Positions 1 through 15,148 are shown, counted from the first letter of the stretch. The stretch: 64,000 nucleotides of DNA from Bigelowiella natans CCMP2755 (GCA_000320545.1 ADNK01003464.1:35503-99502), one strand, 5' to 3'. Notes: a model not told the origin generated them from the sequence alone. Made by a program: numbers and translations.

Positions 1-260
1 GTGATGACCGTGATTGCATATACACACGCATACACACACTCACACAATTTGATTGGCAATGCAGCAATATCTCGACTAATAATACAGATTACTAACACAT
101 CATATTGTGTACTACCGGTACTACTTACTACAAACACACTACTACCTGACAGTAACCGTGAGAGTATACCCCAAAGGGCCAATGTTTTGTAACGTTTGAC
201 GCGCATATTCTGATGATTGTTCATGGTGGTAATTAGAAAGGAAGAAGAATAGAACAAAAT

Positions 261-291
<31 letters not shown>

Positions 292-1434
292 AGAAAGGAA
301 AAAACAGGTAAATAATGTAAAAATGTATCTTCAAGTACTAGTTTCCATCACAGTCATCATCATCATCATCATTTTACCATCATCATCATCATCATCATCA
401 TCATTGTCTTCTTCTTCTTCGTCTTTTGCAAGTTTTATGCACAAACAACACCATGCAATATATATCTAGTAGCAGCACCTGCATTCATTAGCGGTATCTG
501 ATTAATAGCCAACAGCCCCATACCCCTGTTTAGACGCCCAAAAAGAGCTGACCGACTGTCGACATTTCCAACGATAACCTGTATGTTTCTATGTATTATG
601 ATGATGATTGATGGACATAAGCGGTAAATAGTCCTACAACAATAACAACAACTGTAATACTCGTAATTGTTTATTAATATGTTTGAGTAGGGATAGTGAT
701 CAGCATGGTATGTACTATCATCCTCTGTTACATGTTATTGCAAGAAAGAGAGAGTGGAGAGGACGGATAGACATAAAACTAGTGATTCACCGGAGGACTT
801 GCTCCTTTTGTGTTGTCAGAGACTTGAAACAGAGGCTATATATTACCACAGCAGCACCACCAGTTAGTTGATAAGGAGAATAAGTCATTTATATATACAG
901 TACCTTTGGCTCCTCGTTTGGTTTGACAATAATATCCTAATTCAAGTAAGGATGAATCATCAAATTATAACCATGATGACGATGACGACGGTGATGATGA
1001 TAATACACGAAAAAGTGAGCTGTTAGGTAGGTAATAATAGGTAGTCAGCAACGGGCCATCATTGCCATCAACGTTATCGTAATTATGAACAATAGAACTA
1101 ACGATCATTGATTAAGAAGTAACACCATTTCCGCACACATTTTGGCATGTGCATCTAAAAGTTTCAATATCTTGTTTGTTAGCAACACCCATCCATCCAT
1201 CATTATCATTATCATCATCATCATCAAAACAGCAACGTCGTAGGTTTGTTAGCAACACCCATCCATCCATCATCATCATCATCATTATCATCATCATCAT
1301 CATCAAAACAGCAACGTCGTAGGAATATTAGAAATAACAGTACAAATGTAAAGGAAACAGAAAAAACAATTTTTCGAGAATAACATTTATAATAGTTATG
1401 ATTATCATGTTTTAATCATAGAAGCAGCAACATG

Positions 1435-1474
<40 letters not shown>

Positions 1475-2203
1475 AGTAAATGTGTAAAATGTTTCACAAT
1501 ATTATTATGTCGTCATTTGAAGTAGTAACAGCACCAAAACCAAAGGAGGAAGATATGATTTCCAATCATGTAATAAATAAGAATAATCCAGAGTAGTAAA
1601 GAGAAGAAAAGAAACGCTTTATTATCAATGTTATTTCATCAATTGGCGCTTGACTTAAATAGAAGTAGCAGTGGTAGTAGTGGTGGTGGTAGTAGTAGCA
1701 GTATAAGAAACAAGTACCTTAATCTCTTGAATGTCCGTCGTTTTATTCTTCTTCTTTTTCTTCTTCTTCTTTGATGATGATGATGATGATGATAGTGACA
1801 ACGATGAAGATAAAGACTGTCTCTGTTTAATTATTAATACATGTCGCATTTAACAATAGTCCTTCAATTCGATCATAATCACCGACATTAATAGAGTGTA
1901 CAAAATCACAACAACATCTAGCAACGTCACGACTATCTTTGAAGAAAGTGAGGGTGGTGGATTATCTAAGAATAAATTGAGGTGAAAGAAGAAGAAGAAC
2001 AAGAAATGGAAGTAACTCGTAATATTTGCTGTTATGGATATATAATATCATGAAGTATTATTACTACCATTGCTGCTGCTGTTGCTGATTTCATTTTCAT
2101 ATACATCTTGATTTCTTCAATGCCACCTTCACCGTCGTTACTACTTGTTAATGATGATCTTGAATCACCACCATCACTTACTATTCCAGATGAAGATAAT
2201 GCT

Positions 2204-2234
<31 letters not shown>

Positions 2235-3201
2235 TTGCGCCCCCATTTACTACTCCTATGTTGGACCTCTTTTTGTAAGTTTTTGCGGGTGGCATTGGTA
2301 ATGACGATGTTGCTAATGTTGTTGTTGATGATGATGATAATGATGATGATGAAGCAGCAGCAGTAAAAGCAGTGGGTCCTGATACTGCTGCTGTAAGGTC
2401 TCCATCTCCAAGCTTCCTCGGTGCTATCAAACATATTAACCAAAAAGTAAGGAAATGACGGCTAAAGGATGATGTATAAACCATGATGATAGTTTGTTTC
2501 CACCACTCCATTTCACTCCTCCTCCTCCTATCATCATCATCTTCTTCTTCTTCTTCTTCTATGGCCCTTTTCATACACATCCTTCATAGATAACAATAAT
2601 AACAACAATAACAACTACTGGCTGCAGTAATTGATAGATTAATCAAAATTGATATTAATCACGTATTACAAGATGCTCCTGCTGCCATATATTCCTCTAC
2701 GGTTGACTTGACCCCCTTAAGATAATATCTCAAGAAATCCTCGAAGGTGATAATACCTGATGATAGATAGATTGATCAACAACATTAGCAACATAAACCA
2801 ACTGAGGAGAGGAGAGTGGGCTACGAGACAGCATCATATATCATATATAATATCATATCATATATCAGGTAATCATCATTATATTTAGGAATTACAATCA
2901 TCTTCCCTTCTTATATTATTTTTCTGAACACATTAATATCAAAAGTAATAATCTCCCAAAATGTCAATAAACAGCGCCTAATCATGTTGCTTCTATGGCA
3001 TTATTCCTACTGCTATCATATTAGATATATCGATTATGTTCTTGTTAATAGTGGTGATGATGATGTTGTTGTTGTTGATGATGATAACAAAGTACTACTT
3101 GTCTTGTTTTTGGACGATGCTACTGCTACTGCTGCTGTGGGGTCATCAACATGCATTGACAAGCCCATTTTTCTCATCGTCGTTGCCAACTGTTTGAATA
3201 C

Positions 3202-3243
<42 letters not shown>

Positions 3244-3398
3244 GTATTCATATGATGATGATGATGATGATGATTACATAATTGCTGCTGCTCATAACAA
3301 TAAATTAGGATGATAATAAGAAACAAAAAGAAGAAGATGAAGAGACTATAACACTATTCGTGTCTTCTTTCACTAAAGGAACATGATGAGTCCACTAC

Positions 3399-3435
<37 letters not shown>

Positions 3436-3587
3436 AATTTGTGTGCCTTGATGGGGGAAAGATGGTAATCAATGCAACGACAAACAAAAGGAAGAGGAAG
3501 GTATAATGTTTTGGATATGAATGGCGTTGTTGTTGTTGTTGTTATTGTTGTTGTTGTTGTTGTTGTTGTTATTGTTGTTGCAAGCAT
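1..3587 (-). CDS. Multi-exon PDZ-domain protein (runs off window start); possible EF-hand-like segment; microsatellite-filled introns
   Basis: Minus-strand exons 483-578 (VIVGNVDSRSALFGRLNRGMGLLAINQIPLMNA) and ~155-210 (EYARQTLQNIGPLGYTLT) give a PDZ-like beta-alpha pattern. Exon ~2680-2757 reads GIITFEDFLRYYLKG (EF-hand-like). The 5' exons and whether this is one gene are uncertain. Confidence 0.55.
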
Positions 3588-3737
3588 GTGGATCCCACAC
3601 CACCATCACCAAACACCATCGATCAACCAATCAATGACGAATGACAATGTTATTTGTAGTAGTCACATTTCCAAGATAATAAACAAAATTCAGAAAGAAT
3701 ATTTGAGTAAAAACTAATGCATGTTACTTATCGCTAG

Positions 3738-3768
<31 letters not shown>

Positions 3769-3787
3769 TATCGTCACATCAATTTAG

Positions 3788-4667
3788 GATGACACAAGCA
3801 TTCTGAGTAGTCGTCTTTACCATCTCGCTACTAGCAGTGATACTACTACTACTACATCTGAGACATGGAACTTAGGCATTATATCGAAACTACTCCTCTT
3901 TACTTATCATTCGTCCATATTATATGATGATAATTATTATCATCAACGTTGTACAAATAGTATCACCTCAAAAGAATCTAAGACCCCATTTCCATCTGCA
4001 TCATGCTCTGTAAATATGCGGAATGCTCTTCCCTATGATGATGTTTACAAGCAAGTAAGAATGAGCTTTATGACTCCGCTTATAGTAATAATAGTTGTAT
4101 TATCACCTTAGAGATTTGCACTGCTTCTAGAAGTTCCATAAAATTTGAACATTGTCTGGATGATGATCATATGATGATGGTGATGATGATGATGGTGATG
4201 ATGATGATGATGATACGATGTGGTGATTGATAATATGCTAGTTATGATGATGGATGATTCTTCAATGACGCAGCAGCAGCAGCAGCAGCAGCAGCAAATA
4301 CGACGGCAAAGGATGATGGATAAAATAATAAACACAAATCAGTAGATGATGATGATGATTATGACGCCTCTCTCCTACAACTACTACAACTACTACTTCT
4401 ACTACTAAAAACCATGGATTGTTCATCATACACTACCTTTCGTTCTCAAACCGAAAGAATTTTTGGAAACTACAAGATGGTGCCGATATGCGAACATCCG
4501 TCTGGTTGAAGCAGCAATAATGATTAGTGATAATGATGCACATACAATTGGACAACGTTGTCATATTTAGATCAAAGGAGGATCTCAACTCATACCGTCA
4601 TCAAGACTTAGTATTGCTTTCGAAATTTGTGTTGTGTAGTTTGACTTAAATTATAATAACTGACTAT

Positions 4668-4705
<38 letters not shown>

Positions 4706-4733
4706 TTTGTGTCGGTGCGACCGGTTGATTAAA

Positions 4734-4782
<49 letters not shown>

Positions 4783-4911
4783 GTATATATAGGCATCATA
4801 GCTTACGTCATTGGCTTTCCCGCAGTGAAGCAATGCGACGGCTATAACCTTATATAATATCGATCAAACAAATGAATGAGAAGAACCTCGTAACTGATGA
4901 TTGATTAATAG

Positions 4912-4946
<35 letters not shown>

Positions 4947-5216
4947 ACTACTATTTTACTATCTCCTCCTTACCAGTTATTATTGTCCACTCTTTCCCAT
5001 TTATTATACGCTCAAATTCTCTCTCCCACTACTTTACTATCTCCTCCTTCCCATTTATTATTATACGCTCAAATGATTCATGATGATGATGCAAAATCTA
5101 GTCAGCAACCCTATGTTTTTGTTCCGAGCGTTTGGCATCTTGCTTCAATACGATTAGACTCTGGTAGCATAGCGTATAACAACACGGAAGGAGGAGGGAG
5201 GGAGGAAGAATTATGA
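3788..5216 (+). CDS. Possible small spliced gene, unknown function
   Basis: AG/GT-bounded open segment 3788-4053 (DDTSILSSRLYHL...ALPYDDVYKQ|gtaag) and further coding-like segments at ~4410-4560 and 5102-5216. No family recognised. Confidence 0.25.
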
Positions 5217-5301
5217 ACAAAGAGAGAAGACGGACTAACGAGGCAGTACTGCTCTCATATAATAAATATTCATTTCTATTCGCAAAAAGGCAATGATGGC
5301 T

Positions 5302-5403
5302 CTACTATTGAGACTGTCGACATGGGATCCAATAAGCAGTGTGTAACACTACTATTGAGAATGTTGACATGGGATCCAATAAGCAGTGTGTAACACTACT
5401 ATT
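5302..5403. repeat. 47-bp tandem duplication
   Basis: ctactattgagactgtcgacatgggatccaataagcagtgtgtaaca occurs twice (2 mismatches). Confidence 0.9.
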
Positions 5404-5907
5404 TTATCGTGGAAGCTAATGTTCAATGAAGATTCTAGTGGAAGAGTGATGAGGTGTTACTTGATCGGAGTAATCAAATTGAAGTGTATATATATGGCGA
5501 TTGAATGTTTTTAAGGACTTGACCTAAGAAGATGGTATATAATTAAAGAAATAATCTCCCAAGTGGTAAAAGTGTGCGGCGCATGCAGATTCGATTATTT
5601 ATGTACGTCGTTGTCTTGTGAAACACTTCCTTACCCTCCATTCAGACAACGTATTCCAACTTTTGCTCATTGCCTCTATTATTTCGTCCAATTCTCGTTC
5701 CTCTAGCACATGCCGTTTTGAACGTCGTCGTCAATGTTGTATCGCTCACAATTTCACAAGGCAGGAGACAGGGGGGATAGAGTTTCAGACTTAATCGATA
5801 TGCAACTATTCTTAGAATTACTACAAATTGCCCTAGATTTTCTCCCAAAATATTATTATTATTATTTCATTGTCGCTGGCTAAGAATTCTATCCTTTATT
5901 TTAAAAA

Positions 5908-6632
5908 ATGATGAACTCCCGGTGGTATCCTAGTTACTACCGGGTAGTAATAGTAACGCTACCCCGAAGATCCGAAACGTGGCTTCATTTTGCGGTTTTT
6001 GCTAACAACTCATGATGCTCCTGTCCAGCCCCATTAGAAGGAAATCTACACGAAGTAGAAGAAGAATCCACTGCTCGAAACGAACGAACAAGTTATGAGG
6101 CTTTTTCTCACCCCTGCCCACAGCCTCCTAGTTCCGTCGATATGAATAGATGGTGAGAATCGACTAATCAAGAGATCTCACCCTGTATGCATTGACTTCT
6201 GTTTATCAGTAGCTCTAGAGAATAATGATCTTATACACTTTAAGCATGTTCAACTACCCTCTTCAGTACCTTCTTAAGTTTCCTTTCCAATCTGATCGAA
6301 TGGTGTGAATAGGTACCAGATCAGAACTTAAATGGATTTCCCAGTGTCAACATCATCGTCGCCAGATGAACCTGATAAGCTTCTTGGGATCTTTGGTAGC
6401 AAAACCATTTCATCCCAAATGAATAAGAAGCAGCATTTAAGTAGAAGCAGGGTCGGAACTCTATCAAACGCAGGTTGAGATACTTCTAGATACTTCATGA
6501 TGATTTGCATCATCGTTGTCATGTACACATTGCAATACTCTAGTTAATACGCTAATGTGCTGCTACTGCTGAGATTCATTCGAATTGCATTAAATTTGTA
6601 CGATAATTGAATGCATCGAACAATTTTCCTGT

Positions 6633-6671
<39 letters not shown>

Positions 6672-8192
6672 AGGAAACAAGATAATGAAACAGCGTGGTG
6701 GTGGTAGCAGAGGAATATGGGAAGCAAGTAATGAAATGAATCACTAAATAGCTTCGACATATAATGATGCACATTTAAAAGTCTAACACAACCACAACAG
6801 GAGTATCCAAGACGCAAACATCACAACCACAACCACTACCAGGAGCATCCAAGACTCAAATATCACCATTACATACTGCTGTCAAGCTACTCAAAGTCGA
6901 TATTCCACCAAATTATCTACCCAATGCTAATAATAGCGTGGAGCTCACTTCTGGTGCTACTTCTCCTAAATTATCACCATTGCCACCATCTTCATCACAT
7001 CATCATCATCGTCGCGTCCATTCTGATGAAGATTACTCAAAGAATAAGTTCTCCAAATCGATGCCAGCTCTTAATCGGTGCTAGTCATAATAACTTGACA
7101 ACACACATCACACGTATAATATCACAGCACATCTAATCTAAGGAGTTATGAGTCTACAATATTAAATCAGACATTGATGTTTGTTTGTCAGGTCATCATC
7201 ACCGTTGAGTTTTGTGAGCAGCAGCTATAATAACGAGAATAAAATAAGCAAATCCTTTGTGGAAAGAGTACGAGAACAACGCATGCAAAAGATTTTGAAA
7301 GCAGAAAAACATTACTTCAAGGGAGGAGGACAAGATCTCCCAGACGCTCAGAATTTCACGTTCTCCACATATACTGACGATAGCGAACCTAAAGTGCTCC
7401 GACCAATAGGAAGTCCGGCAGCAGCAGCTGTGCGAGTGCGACAACGAAGAAATGGACAGCACCATGGTCACAACACAGACTCTGGAGTTGTTCCAGCATT
7501 ATCTCATCATGGGAAACAGCCTACTAGAAGGCTCTTTGCATCTGCATTGATTCAGTACAACGTCAACGATGCGTAATATTTAAACATCATAACTTACATC
7601 CAATTCATTTCATCTATTTTTCTTCTCTTTTAAATAGATATATTATAGTCTTTTTAGATTTGTCACGTGACGACTACATCTACAAATGATGTGTCTCAGA
7701 CGTGCAATTAGTACCTACTTGATCAGCATAATACTAGATGAAATTTGCATTAGTAGTGGTAGCAGTAGTTAGTAGTAGGAGTAGTTTTGTAATATGACAG
7801 AACAATAATTAGCACTCAAAATCTCTTACAAAAAATTATAGGTATTTACACCTTGAATATGTTTTGTTTTTGTTTCTACGTTTATTCTGGCTATACTACT
7901 ATGCTTGCTAATGACAATGCATGCATTGTGTTGTAAAGCTACCCTTGGAGTGAATGGCGAAATCGCAAATGGAAATCAGGAAAATGTGGTCCTTTTGATC
8001 CTAAATTAAGTCCTTCTCGTATTCTACGGAACGTAAGAACTGCTATGAAGGCTAAGCGTGCTCGAAATCGCATTTCGGAGTCAATGCAAGATATTAGGCA
8101 AACAAACGGCATTCAAGAATGGTTCCAAAAGAGAGGTACTAGTGGCTCTACTCACTGCTACTGCTACGACTGACTACTCACTGATACTACTA

Positions 8193-8238
<46 letters not shown>

Positions 8239-8713
8239 GACTACTATTACTACTGCTACTGCTACTACTATCGTAGTTCTATCTGTACTGTACAATAGTA
8301 GTACTACTACCACTACTACTACTATTACTGCTGCTGCTACTACTATCGTAGTTCTATCTGTACTGTACAATAGTAGTACTAATTGCTGCTGCTGCTCCTC
8401 CTCCTCCTATTAATTGCTGCGTACTCCTCCTCCTCCTCCTCCTCCTCCTCCTCCTCCTCGTACTACGTACACTACTAGGGAAACGTTTTCCTATGCATGT
8501 TCCTGAGGACGTGGAAAGATCAATGAAAGAAATCTTCTGTATGATTGATGAAGATGGAAATGACAATATTGAGATCGACGAGCTGCAGCACGCATTAGCT
8601 AAGCTATGTATTGAAACCAAAGCAGATGACGTGCAAAGGCATCTCTCAAAGATTGATTCCAGCTTCAAGAGTAAGTATAGACGACAACTGTTAAATTTAT
8701 TTATTTTTTACAC

Positions 8714-8751
<38 letters not shown>

Positions 8752-9243
8752 ATTACTAGTTTTAAAAGTATCTTCTCTGTTTTGATTTTAAAACTCCTCA
8801 AATTGAAGATTCTGACAATATGTGCATTGGGAATATGATGTTGTTTAGATAGTAAAAGCTTCGACTTCCAGATGTTTATGACAGCCTTGCACAGAGGTGA
8901 TGAGTGGGATGCTCTCCTAGCAACAAAGAAGGAGCATCAGCAAGAATGTGCAAAAATTGCAAAGCGATTGCAAGGAGATCTAGAGAGAGCAGCATTTAGA
9001 GTTTCACTCGCAAGTAAGTAAATGATGGCCATGAAGATGATGTGTGGTGGTGGTGGTGGTGGTGGTGGTGGTAATGAAAGAAGATGTAGAACAACAAATT
9101 TCGAAAAGAAAGGAACGTATATAAACAGAGGTGTAAGGATAATGATTCATTTTCTCTACTACAACAACTTCTAGATTTTCTTCTTCTTATGGTGCAGGGT
9201 GGTGTATCCCTGTTTATGCTGCTGCTTCTTTCCTCCTCTCTTA

Positions 9244-9276
<33 letters not shown>

Positions 9277-9816
9277 CACTACTACTACTACTTTGAGAGG
9301 GCAAGTATCATTCACTCTTCTTTTTTTAAAGATATGAATCATGCGAGGCAAGCAGCAACATCGGTTGGTCGCTCAAGAAGAGAATCAACTATTCTTGCCT
9401 CTGCTAGTGATGGTGGTGGTGGTGGTGGAAGGGGGGGTGGCGGACATCAAATGACGAAAGTTGGAGCAAACAGTCAAAGCATTAACAAGCACATTGTACC
9501 ATCATCATCATCATCATCATCATTTTCCCATCCTTCCGCACTATCTACCACCCGCCAAGCTGCTGCTGTCAGGCCTTCAATATCTCGCAGATTTTCCTCA
9601 TGCCAAGAAGACCCAAGGTGTTGTGTATGCATTAGTAGTTTCGCACGATTAATATTAGTTACGTCTATGTGATATGAGGTTGTTGAGGTTGCAGTAGTAG
9701 TCGTCGTCGTAGTGGTAATAGTAGTATCAACCGCACAATTACAGCATGATTCCAAGAAAACGATAGGGTCAATGTGAGTCATCTTTTTGTTCTTTATTCA
9801 AATGAGTGTGATGTGT

Positions 9817-9861
<45 letters not shown>

Positions 9862-11377
9862 GCCCTTGATTCACGCCATGGGAATAGTTGCTAGCTATTT
9901 CATGGGAGGAGACCAAAAGGAATAATAATAATTGATACTTCCATACAATAATATACCTGATAATACATCAACTATCATACTTAACGTCCGTATCTATCAC
10001 GCCAGCTACCAACAAGTTATAGCTCGTCGTCGCGCAGAGAAGGCCAAGATAGTAGCGAAACAGGTTCCACTTGGTGGAATCCCCTTCCATTTATGGGTAC
10101 CTGCATTCTATCGAAAGAAACAAATAAGCAGCGTCATATCTCACGGCCCCCAGTTCTTGGAGGATAAGGTCAAGAAAATGCTGGTTACGCCTCAAGGAGG
10201 ACGACCATGGGAAAGTCCGGGTGAACGGATGTTTGAAGGATTCTATCTCAAAGATTCTCCTGAGGAGGAAGAGAAGGAGGAGGAGGATTCTGCTGCCAAC
10301 TTCACGTACGTGTGTAAATATAACAAACATATTTTATTCAGTGCCTAAGGTGACGGTGGGATGACAACTAATAAGAATGAAACAATTAGGGATTGATGGT
10401 TCTGAAATAAATCTTTCTTATCTTTCTTACTTAGTAGTGGTAATTGTAGTTCTAGTAGCAAGTTCCTTCATCATTTGCTGCCTTGTTAGGTACAACGGAG
10501 CTATATCCAAATCTCTACCCCTCAATCAAAAAAGAGGACGTTTGCTTAATGGCGGCAATACAACAACAACAACTACTACTACTACTACTGCAAGTACCAA
10601 GTGTCGTAGTAGCGGGGCATTATCTCGTACAACTTGTAAAACACGCAGTCGTTCTCCGGGTACTGTTGCCAATTTGCGCAAGGTTGGAACCAGGAGCACA
10701 TTATCTACAAAACCTATATTGAAGCGATATCCTGGCAAAAATAGGTAATAACAGTTCTTACATGAATTACCTTAGGAGGAGGAGTGTTTCAATAATTGCT
10801 GTGGTGGTGATGGTGGTGGTAGTGGCGGTGGTGTAGCCATGCTTTGCTTTACGATAAATAAGATATACAGCTTGTACGTACGCAGGGGTTATTCAGTGCA
10901 ATTGTGTTGCGTTTTATTTTGTGAGCGTGGTTGTTTGAATGCGCGTGCACACGTATGTAATTAACTTTATATGCCTAGTATTTCTCTATTCGTCAATGCA
11001 TTTTCTGATGATCTTCATCTGGTGCGTGCGTCAAGATCTCCATTTGGCAGATTTGATAGATTTAACGAAACTAAAAATAAGCCCAAGAAGATGACGTTCA
11101 AGAATACATTCAGCGCAAGGGTCAGACGAAACCTTAAAAAGGCTACATTTTCGAATTTGCCAAGAGCAGAGTTGCAGGCGCAGTGGCGGATAACACAAGA
11201 TCGTGTGGCTGGAGTACATTTAGTTTCTAGCAGTAATAGTGGAGATATTAATCATAACAATAAAAGCAACAAAGATGATGATGTGGGACCTTCCACGACC
11301 AGCACAAGTAGGAATACTAACAGGTCGTCCTCAAAAGCAGCTACTGCGCCACACAAAAATAGGAAATATGGGAGACA

Positions 11378-11409
<32 letters not shown>

Positions 11410-11594
11410 CCGGTCTGGATCATCAAATTTCTGCTTCTTCTCGAGATGGCAAGCATCGTTTAGAACCAACGGTGAAAGCTGCAGCTGGTAGCGGTATTGC
11501 AAGTAATTCATCACCATCTGCGACAGCAGATCGGTTACATTCTGCTTCTACCACAGAGGCGTCGTCATCGTCTGGACCGGAAATACGAGAATAA
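5908..11594 (+). CDS. Multi-exon EF-hand calcium-binding protein with long low-complexity basic/Ser-rich arms
   Basis: Exon ~8479-8670 has MKEIFCMIDEDGNDNIEIDELQHAL (canonical EF loop). The next exon (~8849-9013) has SKSFDFQMFMTAL (second, degenerate EF hand). Further GT-AG exons continue to the stop at 11594. Start uncertain (5908 or 6332). Confidence 0.65.
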
Positions 11595-11789
11595 ATTATC
11601 CCAACAACATGCTGACGATGCGTTGTTTACCTAGCTGCACATTAGCTCGTGATGTCTTCTCATAAGGATCGATGATCACTGGCTGATCATTGTCCATCAT
11701 CAATGCGACACAACCTTGACATCTCACATCTACTATGCATTGATGATGCATGGCTAGATGATTTGGAGTCGTGGACAATGATCAAACTG

Positions 11790-11820
<31 letters not shown>

Positions 11821-12651
11821 CAGTAGCCACAAAATGACAGCCAGGCAGCACTTCACATGTGTCATATTGTCATCTAGTCATACACATGATTCACAATAAG
11901 ATGATGCATGAATGTCGCGCAGTTCATGTAACGCTCATGCATATGTGCTGTGTGTGTGTGATGACGACTGTGCGACTTGGATTGCTCATGTTGTGACTGT
12001 ACGATTTGCATTGCTGGTTCCGCTTTGTGTACGCTATCATCATCACATCATCATCATGTCTAGATGTGGAACGAAAGCATGTAGTGCAGCTCTAGACCTA
12101 CACGTGCAATAGCTAGAATAGCTAGATAGAGATAGGGATCACACATTAGGTTGTCGCGTACAAAGCAGGTCATGTGCATATATATAAGCATGCGCCTTAT
12201 TATCCTCCGTGTCGTATCGCTCATCACTGTGTTGGCTGCTATGTCGTGTCGAATAAGATGCATTGCAAGCACCGTACAGCATGACGACCTTATCGTTGTG
12301 ATGGGGCGACGACGCATATATGCTGCTGCTATGCTGCTCTAATTATGTGTCCTGCTCCATCACCGATTCCTAGATTAGAGAATCTACAACACTCTCCTAG
12401 TTATTTGCTTACCAACTAATAACGTATTTGTCAACAACAATGTCATCACAGCACCGACCAATGTGTTTTTATAGATATAATAAACGTTATTTATTTCATT
12501 CGTGCTACCATTATTGCTTATTTCATGCTTAAAAACTCGACTTATGAACATCTAGCTAGATGCATTTATGAATGTACAATGTTTCCCCCTCCTTTTCCTT
12601 CTACGTACTGACTACTTTGCCAAAGAGAACCAAAGCTACTTGCTGGTACCA

Positions 12652-12885
12652 TCAATATGCGGTATAACCGGGGTATGGGACATAAGTTGAATCGAGTTCT
12701 CCTGGAGACCTGTTTGACAGTTGTTAGATGCATGTATGATGATAAAAGGCATGTAAGCAACGTAACCATTGATGACTCAAAACTCGAATAATAACATGGT
12801 GACGTCCGGTAGGTTGATATTATGATTTAAGTTTGATGAGATCAGCAAGTGATTGGTTCATCACGATTCGTGTATCCCGACAAAG

Positions 12886-12927
<42 letters not shown>

Positions 12928-13306
12928 ACGCGCAAATATATAGATGCAAAAATAAGTATTCTTCTCGGTGTCGTTCTTGTTCCTATTCTCGATGTTATGA
13001 ATTTTGTTGTTGTTGTTGTTGTTGTTCGTCTTTTCATCGTCATCATGATGATACTACATTTGTACTGGAGCAGGAAGTGCCTCGCAATTAGACCCCAATC
13101 TCGGTATGTGCAGGTAGGCGTCTGTACCGAATCCCTCCATGGAACTTAACGTTATATCTCCTAAAAAGTAGGAACACTAATCATTAGACACACAAAAAAA
13201 GAAAGAAAGAGAAAGAGAAAGGAAGAAAAAGAGATACACAACATAACAATAATAACACTAGTACACTCCTTACTCTTTTTTAGTTTCCACAAGTGGTTTG
13301 TTTATG

Positions 13307-13358
<52 letters not shown>

Positions 13359-13661
13359 GGGGGGAGAGAGGGTTGTTCTCCTTTGATTAAGAAGATCTTC
13401 TGTTCTCGGCCTATTTCTCTCTACTATTTATTACCTCCAAAGTATCTAGCTAATAGTCTATTTCTCTCTACTATTTATTATTACCTCCAAAGTATCTAGC
13501 AAATAGTCGGGATAACGGCAAGCCTACACCGTACCCAGCAAGAGCACTTGGAGGTAATAGCACATTAGAACCCGACGATGATCCATCGTTTTGTCGCTCA
13601 TCTATTATTCAAGAATCGTCTCATGATCAAAACATAAACAACAACAACGAAAACAATACAC

Positions 13662-13696
<35 letters not shown>

Positions 13697-14468
13697 CCTA
13701 TTTCATCATCATCATCATCATCCTCTCTCTTTTTGTTAATGCATCATCAGTTCCCACATTGACAAGTGAGAAATTAAGATACAGTCATGTAGACTCTACT
13801 CTACTAGTAGTAATTCTGGTATTCTTACCTCTTATAAGGTTAACCCATTGACCCATCTCCTCTGAGCTATGAAGGCCCTTTGGGGAAGAAGAAAAAGAAT
13901 AACAACAAGAATAATAAGACGCAATAGAAGAATATGGATCATGTAATGATCATTTAGATACAAATACAAATAACATGCTACTACTATTACTATTATACAC
14001 TTCTTCTTGTTACATCTTTTGATTCAGAGTCTGGTGCCTCCGCAGTCGAGTGGAAGAAATTCCATATTGCCTGTTTTATTATTATTCTTGTTATTGTTGT
14101 TATTATTATTATAACAATATAACAACAGCAAAAAATACATACATTCCAAATATTGTTACAGGCAGCATTCTCTATGGCATCATCACCATCATCATCATCA
14201 TCATCATCATCATTATCATTATACCACCACCTTTACCTTTATTTCTGAACGAGGAATTCCTCCGCCCTCATCAATCACTTTGATCGTGATGTCTTCGTAT
14301 CCCGCAACGAAGACGACTTTAATAGGAGGAAGTGCCAAAGCTGCTGCTGCTGTGTTTATCCCAACTCCTTTGAGCTTGTGCATATGCGCCTCTACAGTAG
14401 CTCTCATAGAGTTCTTCAAAATCTCCGTCAGCATATAGTGAAGGTGGTGTGGTATATATCTGTTGTTG

Positions 14469-14499
<31 letters not shown>

Positions 14500-14912
14500 C
14501 AGTAGTAGTAGTAATTGCATTAATAAGGTGACGGCAGCAAGTAAGTACGATTCTCATTGTAGGTGATGATAATGATAATGATGATGATAATAGAACTACT
14601 CACGTGAAGTGCATATCGTCGGAGAAGCTTGCCGTTGGGGTATGAAAGTTAACCCTGGGGGCAATGTCTGATGATGATGATCATGATGATGATGATGATG
14701 ATAAATGATGATTATGATAACGATGACCACGAATATTATAATTATAATAATGATAAGCGTGTGGATTTGGGGAGATTTGCGAAAACAGTACAATCTCAAA
14801 CGCATAGAAAACACACACGCATATATTGCATACATAAAAAATATATATATCGTTGGCACCTTTATGCTGCCTGCATAATTGCGTGGCATCCTCTGCAGCA
14901 CGCTGATACGAG

Positions 14913-14984
<72 letters not shown>

Positions 14985-15148
14985 AGGGAATAGTCCTCAA
15001 AGTCATCATCATCATCATCATCACCATCCCAATCTATCAGCAGCAGCACCAAACGCCGTTCTACTACTTCCACAGCATTGTCCGTTGTAGCACTACTCCT
15101 ATTACTACTAGTTATAGAAAAAGCTTCTCTTTCAACGTCGTCTACCAT

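Noticed and set aside
260-5083. Many 60-180 aa ORFs with poly-M/I/H/S/T or YIYI/CVCV runs
   Set aside because: They are translations of microsatellites in introns or on the antisense strand, not genes.
5918-5944. 10-bp hairpin cccggtggta/tactaccggg near the EF-hand gene start
   Set aside because: A single short stem, compatible with chance.
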